A DNA stretch of 63,007 bases from Candidatus Berkelbacteria bacterium (GTDB lineage: Bacteria > Patescibacteriota > UBA1384 > 2-12-FULL-50-11). How positions within the stretch are numbered: position 1 is the stretch's first letter; each line of letters begins with the position of its first letter. The notes beneath the pieces were generated by a model that worked only from the letters and a program-made list of their open reading frames with translations, did not search any database and was not told the origin of the DNA. Shown here piece after piece: positions 1-9,423 of the stretch. The DNA is taken from the NCBI GenBank assembly GCA_016213365.1, contig JACRAP010000015.1, positions 1 to 63,007 on the forward strand. The letters run 5' to 3'. The translations under genes were made by a program, and so were the position numbers.

Positions 1-168
1 ATCTTTAAATATTCTTGAAAAATGTGAGCTACTAATACCCACTAAAGAGGCCGCTAATTCAACACTTATGTCTTTACTAATATTTTCAACTATGTACTTC
101 TTAACTTTCTCAATTATTTCATAATTTTTACTTTCTTTTTTGCTAGATATTGCTGGGGTTTTGTTGTT
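1..168 (-). CDS. AraC/XylS-type HTH domain fragment (partial; the open frame runs off the left edge, with no start codon or sensor domain in the window)
   Basis: This is the only open minus-strand frame below 168. It reads ..KNYEIIEKVKKYIVENISKDISVELAASLVGISSSHFSRIFKD, typical of the first HTH of AraC-family regulators. Confidence 0.5.
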
Positions 169-320
169 TTACCTGGTTTTTCTGTTGCAATAACGAAATC
201 CGCGCCGTGTTTAACAACATGATTTGGCTTAATTCCAATAACGGTACCACCAATCAGGCGACCATTGTCGTTCCACATTTGTGTCATACCAAGTTTTGTT
301 CCAAGTAAAATCTTGTTCAT
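114..320 (-). pseudogene. rplC: ribosomal protein L3, N-terminal 68 codons only
   Basis: MNKILLGTKLGMTQMW.. matches the conserved L3 N-terminus and lies downstream of rpsJ. TAA at 114-116 falls about 140 codons early, and no frame continues as L3. Confidence 0.6.
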
Positions 321-462
321 AAATAAAATTTGTTCAGAAATACCTAGCTATTATCTTATATTTTCCCTCTTACGTCAAGGAAGACGGCGGGTGTAATATG
401 CCTAAATTGCGAGCTATATAAATTTTTCCATCCGATTTAATACGCAACACCAATCCCGGCTA

Positions 463-491
463 TTGACTTATTTATTTATTTCCCTTACAAT
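463..491 (+). promoter_or_regulatory. sigma70-like promoter TTGACT-17 nt-TACAAT
   Basis: -35 at 463-468, a 17-nt spacer and -10 at 486-491. It points into the GC-rich structured segment, antisense to the r-protein genes. Confidence 0.4.
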
Positions 492-497
492 TGTCAG

Positions 498-623
498 GCA
501 ATCATCGGTCGGTTCTGCCGGCCGTGGTAGTATCCGACGTGTGTAGCGTTAAGGTCTCTCTCCGGAATTTGTAACGGGGGTCAAGAGAATGTAGACTCAC
601 TTAGCGCTACCACGTCTTTTTTT
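498..623 (+). ncRNA. candidate small structured RNA, family unassigned
   Basis: GC-rich island in an AT-rich spacer. A long helix pairs GTGTAGCGTTAAG (541-553) with CTTAGCGCTACCAC (600-613) and is followed by a T7 run at 617-623. A promoter lies upstream. Orientation is not certain. Confidence 0.3.
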
Positions 624-627
624 ATAC

Positions 628-657
628 AAAAAACCCACCCGTTCGAGTGAGTTTTTT
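628..657 (-). terminator. putative intrinsic terminator after rpsJ
   Basis: Minus strand reads A-run, CUCACU, CGAACG loop, GGUGGG, then U6. The stem is 6 bp including G.U pairs. Confidence 0.4.
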
Positions 658-698
658 GCTTAAGTTGGTTCTTACTTGGTCTTGAATACTACTACGAG

Positions 699-1025
699 CT
701 ACGTTTTTATCTCGATATCTACGCCTGCTGGTAGGTCGAGGTTCATTAGCGCGTCGAGTGTTTTAGGATTTGGGTCTAAAACATCGATAATTCGCTTATG
801 AATTCGAATCTCGAACTGTTCGCGCGCATCCTTATGAACAAAAGTTGAGCGATTTACAGTTACGAGTGACCGTTCGGTTGGAAGCGGAATTGGGCCGGCA
901 ATTATGGCGCCGGTGCGTTCAGCCGCCTCGATAATTTTCTTAGCACTACGATCGATTACTCTGTAGTCGTAGGCCTTGAGTTTGATGCGGATGCTGCTTT
1001 TGGCCGCTTCCCGAGTTTTTGACAT
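699..1025 (-). CDS. rpsJ: 30S ribosomal protein S10
   Basis: 108 aa. [24 protein letters not shown] is the S10 signature, and the gene lies downstream of tuf. Confidence 0.95.
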   Translation of the reverse strand: MSKTREAAKSSIRIKLKAYDYRVIDRSAKKIIEAAERTGAIIAGPIPLPTERSLVTVNRSTFVHKDAREQFEIRIHKRIIDVLDPNPKTLDALMNLDLPAGVDIEIKT

Positions 1026-1045
1026 TTAATGTGCGCCTTTCTAAT

Positions 1046-2224
1046 TTATTTGATGATCTTGGTTACGATACCAGCACCAACGGTTTTACCACCTTCACGG
1101 ATAGCGAATTTAGATTTCTCTTCCATCGCGATCGGTTGAATTAGAGTTACTTTGAAGGTTGAGGTGTCACCTGGGACAACCATTTCTTGACCTTCAGGTA
1201 AGATTACTTCGCCTGTTACGTCGGTTGTGCGGAAGTAGAATTGTGGCTTGTAACCCTTTGCAAATGGGGTGTGTCGGCCGCCTTCTTCTTTTTTAAGGAT
1301 GTAACATTCAGCTTCGAATTCGGTGTGCGGTGTGATTGAACCTGGTTTACATAGAACTTGACCGCGTTCAACGTCGGTACGCTCTAAGCCGCGAACAAGC
1401 AAACCAACGTTATCGCCAGCTTGACCTTGATCGAGTTGTTTGCGGAACATTTCTACTCCGGTAACAACGGTTTTGGCAGTTGGACGTAAACCAACAACTT
1501 CGATATCTTCACCAACTTTAACGGTTCCGCGCTCTATACGACCGGTTACAACAGTACCGCGGCCTTTAATTGAGAACACGTCTTCAACTGGCATAAGAAA
1601 CGGTTTATCCGTTTCACGAACTGGCTCTGGAACGTAAGTGTCTAGAGCTTCTACCAAATCAAAGATTGCTTTTTTAGCATCGGCATCGCCGTCAAGCGCT
1701 TTTAGGGCTGAACCACGAATAATTGGGGTGTCTTTGCCTGGGTAGTCGTTCTTTGTTAAAAGATCGCGAATTTCTTCTTCAACTAAATCAAGAAGATCTG
1801 GGTCGTTTACTTGGTCGCATTTGTTCATAAATACAACGATGTAAGGAACTCCAACTTGCTTTGCAAGCAAGATATGCTCACGAGTTTGTGGCATTGCGCC
1901 ATCTGGAGCAGAAACTACTAGAATTGCAGCGTCCATTTGGGCTGCACCCGTAATCATATTTTTTACGTAGTCGGCGTGTCCTGGACAGTCTACGTGAGCG
2001 TAGTGTCGCTTTTCAGACTCGTACTCTACGTGATAAGTAGCGATGGTAATACCACGCTGCTTTTCTTCTGGAGCGTTGTCGATTTGATCAACGGCTCGCT
2101 TTTCCGCCCAGCCTTTTTCAGCTAGGACGTTTGTAATCGCTGCTGTTAAAGTTGTTTTACCGTGGTCGACGTGACCGATGGTACCAACGTTAACATGCGG
2201 CTTTGTTCTATCGAATGTTGCCAT
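1046..2224 (-). CDS. tuf: elongation factor Tu
   Basis: 392 aa with [18 protein letters not shown] and NKCD GTPase motifs. Confidence 0.98.
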   Translation of the reverse strand: MATFDRTKPHVNVGTIGHVDHGKTTLTAAITNVLAEKGWAEKRAVDQIDNAPEEKQRGITIATYHVEYESEKRHYAHVDCPGHADYVKNMITGAAQMDAAILVVSAPDGAMPQTREHILLAKQVGVPYIVVFMNKCDQVNDPDLLDLVEEEIRDLLTKNDYPGKDTPIIRGSALKALDGDADAKKAIFDLVEALDTYVPEPVRETDKPFLMPVEDVFSIKGRGTVVTGRIERGTVKVGEDIEVVGLRPTAKTVVTGVEMFRKQLDQGQAGDNVGLLVRGLERTDVERGQVLCKPGSITPHTEFEAECYILKKEEGGRHTPFAKGYKPQFYFRTTDVTGEVILPEGQEMVVPGDTSTFKVTLIQPIAMEEKSKFAIREGGKTVGAGIVTKIIK

Positions 2225-2274
2225 TTTTCCCTTTCTTTTATTACTTCCAACTTAATTGGTTGTTTATCTCTAAA

Positions 2275-2303
2275 ATTATATTAGTTTACACCTGAACAGT
2301 CAA
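2275..2303 (-). promoter_or_regulatory. consensus sigma70 promoter for tuf (TTGACT-17 nt-TATAAT)
   Basis: On the minus strand, -35 is at 2303-2298 and -10 at 2280-2275, about 50 nt upstream of the tuf ATG. Confidence 0.55.
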
Positions 2304-2307
2304 GTAT

Positions 2308-2334
2308 AAAAAAGCCCCCGGATTACTCCGGGGG
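2308..2334 (-). terminator. intrinsic terminator upstream of the tuf promoter
   Basis: Minus strand reads CCCCCGG, AGTAAT loop, CCGGGGGC, then TTTTTT. Confidence 0.6.
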
Positions 2335-2436
2335 TTGCTATGAAGGTTTGGTCGCCCGCAGGGGACACGGACGATCATGGTCGATCAAGGTGGTTTTTCC
2401 ACCCGAGCCCGTAACACGAGCTCAAAGAAATAATAC

Positions 2437-2541
2437 AAAAAAAAGACCCCCCTCGCAACGTCATCGGTCGCAAAATGGGGGCACTGGGGGTGGTGAACGC
2501 TAGTCCAAAGCGCCACCGGAGACTGGCCATGTCGAGCCATC
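2437..2541 (-). ncRNA. candidate small RNA between fusA and tuf, family unassigned
   Basis: Extended -10 TGATATAAT on the minus strand (2556-2548). GC-rich body containing the hairpin GGTGGCGCT/AGCGTtCACC. It ends in a G-rich stem followed by T8 (2444-2437). Confidence 0.3.
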
Positions 2542-2594
2542 TAAAATATTATATCAAAAATTACCCCGCTTTGAAACCCCAAAATAATTAACTC

Positions 2595-4694
2595 TTAGTC
2601 CTGCGAAGCAACTTTGCTGGTAGATTTGCCGATAATTCCTTCGGCGATATTACGCGGCACTTCTTCGTAGTGGTCAAACTCCATCGTAAACGATGCGCGA
2701 CCTTGGCTCATGCCTCGTAGTTCCGTAATATATCCGAACATTTCGCTTAGCGGCACCATCGCATCAACAATTCTGGAGTTACCGCGATCCTCGCTACCCA
2801 TAATTCGTCCGCGACGACTGTTCAAATCCCCTACTACTGAACCAAAGAATTCGTCTGGAGTAGTAACTTCAACTTTCATAACAGGTTCAAGTAGCACCGG
2901 TCCTGCATTTTTAACGCCGTCTTTCATCGCCATAGTTGCGGCAATTTGGAAAGCAACGTCCGAAGAGTCGACGTCGTGATACGAACCGTCGTAAACTGTA
3001 ACTTTAACGTCAACTAGTGGATAACCTGCGATTACACCCTTGGAAACGGTATCTTTTACGCCTTTTTCAACTGAAGGTACGTACTCCCGCGGGATAGAGC
3101 CACCAAAAATTTTATTAACAAATTCAAATCCCTTACCACGTTCTTGCGGTTCGATTTCCAGCCAAACATGTCCGTATTGTCCGCGACCGCCAGTTTGACG
3201 AACGTATTTACCTTCTTGTTTAACGCTTCTAGTAATCGCTTCTTTAAATGCAACTTGCGGCGCGCCCTTTGTTGCTTCTACACCGAACTCGCGTTTCATT
3301 CTGTCTACGATAATATCTAAATGCAGTTCGCCCATTCCTTCGATTAAGGTTTGATTTGATGTCTCATCTTGGCTTAAGCGAAGCGTTGGGTCTTCGGCGG
3401 CAAGACGTTGCAAGGCAGTACCCATTTTTTCTTGATCGGCTTTGGTTTTTGGCTCGATCGACATTTTAATAACAGGTTCAGGTACGGATATTCTTTCTAA
3501 AATAATTGGAGCGTTTTCAGCACATAACGTATCACCGGTAGTTGTGGCCTTTAAGCCAACGGCGGCGGCAATTTCTCCGGTGTAAACTTCGGTAACATCT
3601 TCTCTACTATTAGCGTGAAGTCGAACGATTCGACCGATACGCTCCTTCTCACCTTTTGAGCTATTAAGCACATAAGAACCAGCGCTTAATTTACCGGCAT
3701 AAACTCTAAAGAAAGTTAAGGTACCAACAAACGGATCGGTTGCAACTTTAAATGCGAGCGCGGTGAACGGCTCGTCGTCGGAAACTGCGCGTTCGAGCTC
3801 CTTCTCTGCGTCTTTAATATCTGTGCCTTTAACCGCTGGAACATCGAGCGGGCTTGGTAAGTAATCGATAACCGCGTCGAGCATAGTTTGCACACCTTTA
3901 TTTTTTAAGGCAGAGCCAGCGAGTACTGGGAAAATTTCAACGGCGATAACAGCTTTTCTTAAAGCAGATTTTAGCTCATCGATCGACAACTCTTCGCCGG
4001 CGAAAAATTTCTCAAGTAGTTTTTCGTCGGTTTCGGCAATTTGTTCGATTAATTTATTGCGATATTCTTCAACTTCGGCCTTCATATCCTCTGGCACTTC
4101 TTCTTCGACCGGCTCTTTACCTAAATCGTCGTTATGCCAAACAATCGCTTTATTTTTAAGTAAATCTACCACACCTTTTAATTGGTCTTCTGTACCAATC
4201 GGTAATTGAATTATCGCAACTTTTGCGCCTAAGCGATCTTGAATAGTTTTAACAACAAATTTAAAATCAGCGCCGATTCTGTCGAGTTTATTTACAAAAC
4301 AAATACGCGGCACCTTGTACTTATCGGCCTGACGCCACACGGTTTCGCTCTGAGCTTCTACGCCAGCAACGCCGTCAAAAACTGTTACAGCACCATCAAG
4401 CACTCGAAGTGATCGCTGTACCTCGATTGTAAAGTCGATGTGACCGGGTGTGTCGATAATATTAATCGAGTTATCTTTCCAAAAACAGGTAGTTGCGGCG
4501 GCGGTAATAGTAATTCCGCGTTCTTTTTCTTGCTCCATCCAGTCCATAGTAGCTGCTCCCTCATGCACCTCGCCGATTTTGTAACTTTTTCCAGTGTAAT
4601 AAAGAATTCGCTCCGACACAGTAGTTTTACCGGCGTCGATATGGGCAATGATTCCGATATTTCTTACCTTATCTAACGAGTATTGTCGCGCCAT
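2595..4694 (-). CDS. fusA: elongation factor G
   Basis: 699 aa with AHIDAGKTT and DTPGHIDF motifs and the full EF-G domain order. Confidence 0.97.
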   Translation of the reverse strand: MARQYSLDKVRNIGIIAHIDAGKTTVSERILYYTGKSYKIGEVHEGAATMDWMEQEKERGITITAAATTCFWKDNSINIIDTPGHIDFTIEVQRSLRVLDGAVTVFDGVAGVEAQSETVWRQADKYKVPRICFVNKLDRIGADFKFVVKTIQDRLGAKVAIIQLPIGTEDQLKGVVDLLKNKAIVWHNDDLGKEPVEEEVPEDMKAEVEEYRNKLIEQIAETDEKLLEKFFAGEELSIDELKSALRKAVIAVEIFPVLAGSALKNKGVQTMLDAVIDYLPSPLDVPAVKGTDIKDAEKELERAVSDDEPFTALAFKVATDPFVGTLTFFRVYAGKLSAGSYVLNSSKGEKERIGRIVRLHANSREDVTEVYTGEIAAAVGLKATTTGDTLCAENAPIILERISVPEPVIKMSIEPKTKADQEKMGTALQRLAAEDPTLRLSQDETSNQTLIEGMGELHLDIIVDRMKREFGVEATKGAPQVAFKEAITRSVKQEGKYVRQTGGRGQYGHVWLEIEPQERGKGFEFVNKIFGGSIPREYVPSVEKGVKDTVSKGVIAGYPLVDVKVTVYDGSYHDVDSSDVAFQIAATMAMKDGVKNAGPVLLEPVMKVEVTTPDEFFGSVVGDLNSRRGRIMGSEDRGNSRIVDAMVPLSEMFGYITELRGMSQGRASFTMEFDHYEEVPRNIAEGIIGKSTSKVASQD

Positions 4695-4706
4695 TAATCC
4701 CCTTAA

Positions 4707-5180
4707 TTAGTATCTGGCAAAATGCGCAAAAGCACGGTTGGCTTCAGCCATTTTGTGTAAATCTTCGCGTTTCTTTATTACGGCACCGGTGTTATCGAGA
4801 ATATTTCGCATCTCTTCGTATAGCGCGGTCGACATATCTTTGCCTTTAACACCGCGACAAATTTCAAGTAACCAACGCATCACCAAAACCACTTTTCGAC
4901 TCGGTTTTACCTCCATTGGAACCTGATATGTTGCACCGCCAACTCTGCGAGATTTTACTTCAAGAATTGGGCTTGCGGCGTTAATAACCTCGCGAAGTGT
5001 TGTTGGAACGTCTAAATTTCGCTCCTTAGCTAATCGCTCAAGCGCCGAGTAAACGATAGTTTGGGCGGTATCTTTCTTGCCGTCCCACATCACTTTGTTG
5101 ATAAATTTAGATAGCGTTGGATCGGCGTATTTTGGATCGAGATTGAATTTTGGTTTTTTGATAGATTTATTTCCGCGCAT
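4707..5180 (-). CDS. rpsG: 30S ribosomal protein S7
   Basis: 157 aa in the str-operon position; C-terminus reads ..KMAEANRAFAHFR. Confidence 0.95.
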   Translation of the reverse strand: MRGNKSIKKPKFNLDPKYADPTLSKFINKVMWDGKKDTAQTIVYSALERLAKERNLDVPTTLREVINAASPILEVKSRRVGGATYQVPMEVKPSRKVVLVMRWLLEICRGVKGKDMSTALYEEMRNILDNTGAVIKKREDLHKMAEANRAFAHFARY

Positions 5181-5599
5181 TACTTCGATCCTTTCTTGGC
5201 GCCGTATTTACTGCGACCTTGCTTGCGGCTTTCTACGCCCTCTGCGTTTAAGACACCGCGAACGATATGATATTTTACGCCCGGTAGATCTTTTACGCGT
5301 CCGCCACGAACTAACACCAAGGAGTGCTCCTGAAGGTTATGTTTAATTCCTGGAATATAGGCGGTTACTTCCTGACCGCTAGTTAAGCGGACACGAGCAA
5401 TTTTACGTAGTGCCGAGTTTGGTTTTTTTGGGGTCATAGTAGTTACTTTTGTGCAAACGCCGCGCAAGAACGGACGGCCTTTTGGTAGTTCAGTTGGGCG
5501 ATTTTTCAAACTGTTAAAGCCACGGTGCATCGCCGGCGATTTAGATTTCGCGGCGGTGCGTTTTCTTCCATGCTTTATCAGCTGATTGATTGTAGGCAT
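5180..5599 (-). CDS. rpsL: 30S ribosomal protein S12
   Basis: 139 aa with MPTINQLI.. and [10 protein letters not shown] motifs. Confidence 0.96.
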   Translation of the reverse strand: MPTINQLIKHGRKRTAAKSKSPAMHRGFNSLKNRPTELPKGRPFLRGVCTKVTTMTPKKPNSALRKIARVRLTSGQEVTAYIPGIKHNLQEHSLVLVRGGRVKDLPGVKYHIVRGVLNAEGVESRKQGRSKYGAKKGSK

Positions 5600-5610
5600 T
5601 AACAGTTATT

Positions 5611-8600
5611 TTACTCTAGTTCAGTGGTTGTTTCAACCGGTGCAGGACGCGTCGGTGCTAGATCAGCTTCGGTTGTTCCGGCCGCTAATCCACCAAAGTC
5701 GCCAAATCCGGTACCGGCAGGTATTAATTTACCAATGATAACGTTTTCTTTTAGCCCACGAAGCGGATCGACAGCGCCTTGAATTGCAGAGCGGATTAGA
5801 ACAGTTGTAGTTTCTTGGAACGATGCGGCTGAAAGGAAGCTGTTGGTTTGTAACGATGCTCGGGTAATTCCAAGAATTATCTGCTCGTAGCTAACTTCGC
5901 GCTTACTGTGTTTTTTGAGCTCGTTGTTTATTCGGTCGACATCGAGTTTACTTACAACCTGTCCGCCAAGTAACGTTGAGTCGCCACCGTCGATAATTCG
6001 AACCTTCGAGAACATACAGCGAACGATAATTTCGATGTGCTTCTCGTTTACGCCAGCTCCATGACCGGAATAAATATTCTGGACTTCTTTAATTAGATAG
6101 TCTTGAGTGCTTCGAACGCCTGTTAATTCAAGCGATAACGATGGGTCGACGTGACCTTCGGTTAGCTGTGCACCCTTTTCAACGCTGTCGCCAGACTTTA
6201 CTAGCAGAGATACCTCTGAACTAACAATATATGACGCTTTAACGGGTTCCAGCGAAGTAACGGTAATCTTATTACCCTTTATATCAACTCGTCCCGCTAC
6301 TCCGGTTCTCATCGCTTTTTTATCTGGAGCGGTAGCGATCGCTTGTTTGGCCTTAACCATATCTTTGTCTTTTACGGACGGTTTATAGTCTTCAATTAGT
6401 TCGAATGTCTCGGTTTCGATATCGTTACTTACCACGTCGATATAGACGCGATCTTTTTGTTCGTGAACGATTACTTTACCGGAAATTTCCGAAAGTACTG
6501 CGGCGCCGTGAGGCGGTCTGGCTTCAAAAATTTCTTCAACTCTAGGCAAGCCGGAAGTAATATCACCGACTGATACGCCTCCCATGTGGAAGGTTTTCAT
6601 TGTTAGCTGAGTTCCTGGTTCTCCGATCGCTTGAGCGGCAACGATACCAACTGCGGTACCGATTTCTACTAAACCGCCGTGCGACAAGTCGCGTCCGTAA
6701 CATTTCTGACAGACGCCCCAAGTTGCTTTACAACTTAAGACGGTTCTAACAGAAACTTCTGAAATACCATTTTCAATAATTAACGACATATTATCTTCAG
6801 TTATTTGTTCGCCGGATTTCACGATGGTTTTGCCGTCTTTGCCTTTTACGGCTTCAAGTACAACACGACCGACTAAGCGTTCTTCGTAAGAATCGCCGTA
6901 TTCGTTGCTTTCACTTTGTTTGATAACAATTCCTTCTTTTACACCACAATCAACTTCAGTGATTACGATGTCTTGCGCTACATCAACCAAACGTCGAGTA
7001 AGGTAACCTGCGTCGGCAGTTTTAAGCGAGGTATCGGATTTTCCTTTTCGTGAGCCGTGAGTTGAGATGAAGTATTCAAGCACCGTTAGCCCCTCTTTAT
7101 AATTGGAGGTAATAGGAACTTCGATAATCGCACCGGCTGGGTTAACTACTAATCCCTTCATTCCGGCAAGCTGTACTAACTGGTTCGATGAGCCACGAGC
7201 GCCCGAAGTAACCATCGTCCAGATCGAACTATTCTTGTCGAACAATTCTTTTACTTCCTTCTCCATTGAGTTACGGATTTCAGTCCATTTTTCGATACTT
7301 AATTTGCGTCGTTCGTCGGCGGTAATTAAACCACGGCGATATCTCTTGGTAATTTCTTCAATGGCGGTCTCACCTTGTTTCATATATTGCGGTTTGTTTA
7401 CTGGTACTGGGATATCGAAGATCGACATCGTCATTCCCGATCGCTCGGAGAATTTAAAACCTAGTGCCATTAAGTCATCTGATAGTTTTGCAGTAGCGTC
7501 GTTGCCGAAACGTTTGTAAACATCACGAATAATTGTTTTTAGCTTTTTGGTATCGAGCGCTTCGTTTACGAACGCGTAGCCATCTGGGAAGATTGCGTTA
7601 ATCATTGCTCGACCAACAGTTGTTTTAATTCGCTCGTCACCCACTCGAAGTTCGATTTTCGCCTGTGGGTGTAATTCACCGCGATCGTAAGCGGTGTAAA
7701 CGTCGCCAATCGCCGCAAATGCCTTGCCTTCTCCCTTTACGCCATCACGCTCGTTAGTTAGATAGAATAGTCCAAAAACGATATCAAGACGTGGCGAAGT
7801 TAACGGTTCACCGCTGGCGGGTTTTAATAGATTTTTTTTAGAAGCCATAATCTCACGGGCTTCGAATTTTGCTTTTTCAGATAGCGGAACGTGAACGGCC
7901 ATTTGGTCGCCGTCAAAGTCTGCGTTGTAAGCCGCACAAACGAGCGGGTGAAGCTGAATCGCTTTACCTTCGATTAATAGCGGTCTAAACGCCTGAATTC
8001 CAAGTCGGTGCAAGGTTGGCGCGCGGTTTAGTAGAACGTGTGATTCTTTAGTTACTTCTTCAAGAATTTCCCAAACTTCTGGGGTACCGCGTTCGATTAA
8101 CCGAGCGGCGTTTTTTACGTTGTGGACGTAACCTTCGTTAATAAGTCGGCTAATTACAAACGGCTTGAATAGTTCCAGTGCCATAACTTTTGGTAAGCCG
8201 CATTGATCGAGTTTAAGATTTGGACCAACAACAATAACCGATCGGCCAGAGTAGTCGACGCGTTTTCCAAGCAAGTTCTGTCGGAAACGACCTTGTTTAC
8301 CGCGAAGCATATCCGAAAGTGATCGCGGCTGACGACCGGTGGTACCCTGAGTTTTTCGAGCAGAGTTATCGATTAAAGCATCAACAGCTTCTTGAAGCAT
8401 TCGTTTTTCGTTTCTGGCGATTACGTCTGGGGCACCTTGATTCATTAAGCGCTTCAAGCGATTGTTTCGGTTAATAACCCTACGATATAGATCGTTTAAA
8501 TCGGAAGATGCAAAGCGACCGCCGTCAAGCTGAACCATTGGACGTAAATCCGGTGGAAGCACAGGAAGTTTGTTGATAATAAACCATTCTGGTCGTAACC

Positions 8601-9423
8601 CAGCTAGTTTCATATCCGTAACCAGTCTAAGTCTTTTAGTTAATCTACGAGCGGCGTTTGGTAGTGCAGTTCGTAAACTGTTTTTAATTCTTGCGATTTC
8701 TTCGTCTAGATTTACTTTTTTTGCGAGTTCTAAAATCGCCTCGGCGCCGATACCGACTTTAGCGATATTACCAAACCGAAGTGAGAGTTCGTGGAATTTT
8801 CCCTCGCTAATTACCATTCGTTCTTTTAGTGAGTTTAAATCGGTTTTTGCGCCTTTGTAATTAAGCTCTAATTGCTCTAGTCGCTCCGGTGAATCTTTTA
8901 GTAATTCTTTTGCGCTTTTATATTCAGCTTCAAGTTGCGAGAGCGCTTGTGTTTTTAGCTCCTCGTTTACCGATAGCACAATAAAACTAGCAAAATATAC
9001 CACCTTCTCTACATCGGTTACGGCTACATCTAGGATGTTACTAATGGTATATGGAACGCCGCGGACGTACCAGATGTGCGCAACAGGTACGGCAAGATCG
9101 ATGTGTCCCATTCGTTCTCTTCGAACGCTTGAACGGGTTACCTCAACGCCACATTTGTCGCAAATTACACCCTTGTAACGAATACGTTTATATTTTCCGC
9201 AATAACATTCCCAGTCTTTAGTTGGACCAAAAATTCGTTCGTCAAATAGACCGTCGCGCTCTGGTTTTTGGGTGCGATAGTTGATAGTTTCTGGTTTTAA
9301 GACTTCGCCAAAGCTCCACTTTTCGATATCTTGTGGGCTGGCTACGCGAATGCGCAAACCTTCAAAGTTAAGTAAATTAAACTCTAACTTATCGGTGCGT
9401 GTGGACATTTTTAGTTCAGCCAT
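5611..9423 (-). CDS. rpoC: RNA polymerase beta-prime subunit
   Basis: 1270 aa with the NADFDGDQM catalytic motif and zinc-binding CYCGKY..C..C. Its start overlaps the rpoB stop as TAATG. Confidence 0.97.
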   Translation of the reverse strand: MAELKMSTRTDKLEFNLLNFEGLRIRVASPQDIEKWSFGEVLKPETINYRTQKPERDGLFDERIFGPTKDWECYCGKYKRIRYKGVICDKCGVEVTRSSVRRERMGHIDLAVPVAHIWYVRGVPYTISNILDVAVTDVEKVVYFASFIVLSVNEELKTQALSQLEAEYKSAKELLKDSPERLEQLELNYKGAKTDLNSLKERMVISEGKFHELSLRFGNIAKVGIGAEAILELAKKVNLDEEIARIKNSLRTALPNAARRLTKRLRLVTDMKLAGLRPEWFIINKLPVLPPDLRPMVQLDGGRFASSDLNDLYRRVINRNNRLKRLMNQGAPDVIARNEKRMLQEAVDALIDNSARKTQGTTGRQPRSLSDMLRGKQGRFRQNLLGKRVDYSGRSVIVVGPNLKLDQCGLPKVMALELFKPFVISRLINEGYVHNVKNAARLIERGTPEVWEILEEVTKESHVLLNRAPTLHRLGIQAFRPLLIEGKAIQLHPLVCAAYNADFDGDQMAVHVPLSEKAKFEAREIMASKKNLLKPASGEPLTSPRLDIVFGLFYLTNERDGVKGEGKAFAAIGDVYTAYDRGELHPQAKIELRVGDERIKTTVGRAMINAIFPDGYAFVNEALDTKKLKTIIRDVYKRFGNDATAKLSDDLMALGFKFSERSGMTMSIFDIPVPVNKPQYMKQGETAIEEITKRYRRGLITADERRKLSIEKWTEIRNSMEKEVKELFDKNSSIWTMVTSGARGSSNQLVQLAGMKGLVVNPAGAIIEVPITSNYKEGLTVLEYFISTHGSRKGKSDTSLKTADAGYLTRRLVDVAQDIVITEVDCGVKEGIVIKQSESNEYGDSYEERLVGRVVLEAVKGKDGKTIVKSGEQITEDNMSLIIENGISEVSVRTVLSCKATWGVCQKCYGRDLSHGGLVEIGTAVGIVAAQAIGEPGTQLTMKTFHMGGVSVGDITSGLPRVEEIFEARPPHGAAVLSEISGKVIVHEQKDRVYIDVVSNDIETETFELIEDYKPSVKDKDMVKAKQAIATAPDKKAMRTGVAGRVDIKGNKITVTSLEPVKASYIVSSEVSLLVKSGDSVEKGAQLTEGHVDPSLSLELTGVRSTQDYLIKEVQNIYSGHGAGVNEKHIEIIVRCMFSKVRIIDGGDSTLLGGQVVSKLDVDRINNELKKHSKREVSYEQIILGITRASLQTNSFLSAASFQETTTVLIRSAIQGAVDPLRGLKENVIIGKLIPAGTGFGDFGGLAAGTTEADLAPTRPAPVETTTELE

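Noticed and set aside
498-623. Possible SRP (4.5S) RNA.
   Set aside because: It lacks the conserved domain IV motif (..GGUCCGGAAGGAAGCAGC..) and the single long-hairpin architecture. Only a chance CCGGAA is present.
1440-1637. Numerous 60-140-aa ORFs antisense to or overlapping large conserved genes, e.g. 1440-1637, 2710-2979, 7103-7519, 15811-16233, 25074-25352, 47663-48088 and 60599-60991.
   Set aside because: They lie fully inside well-supported genes on the other strand or in another frame, have low-complexity composition and carry no translation signals.
2340-2414. Small ORFs starting at the shared TATG(A/G)AG motif: a 24-aa ORF here and a 36-aa ORF at 31215-31325.
   Set aside because: The shared TTTGGTCGCCC is read in different frames in the two copies, so the conservation is at the nucleotide/RNA level, not the protein level.
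2225-2594. Possible tmRNA. The size is about 370 nt, and GGGGACACGGACGATC resembles a tmRNA 5' end.
   Set aside because: On neither strand is there a T-arm (GGTTCGA..), a 3' acceptor complement with CCA, or a plausible tag reading frame.
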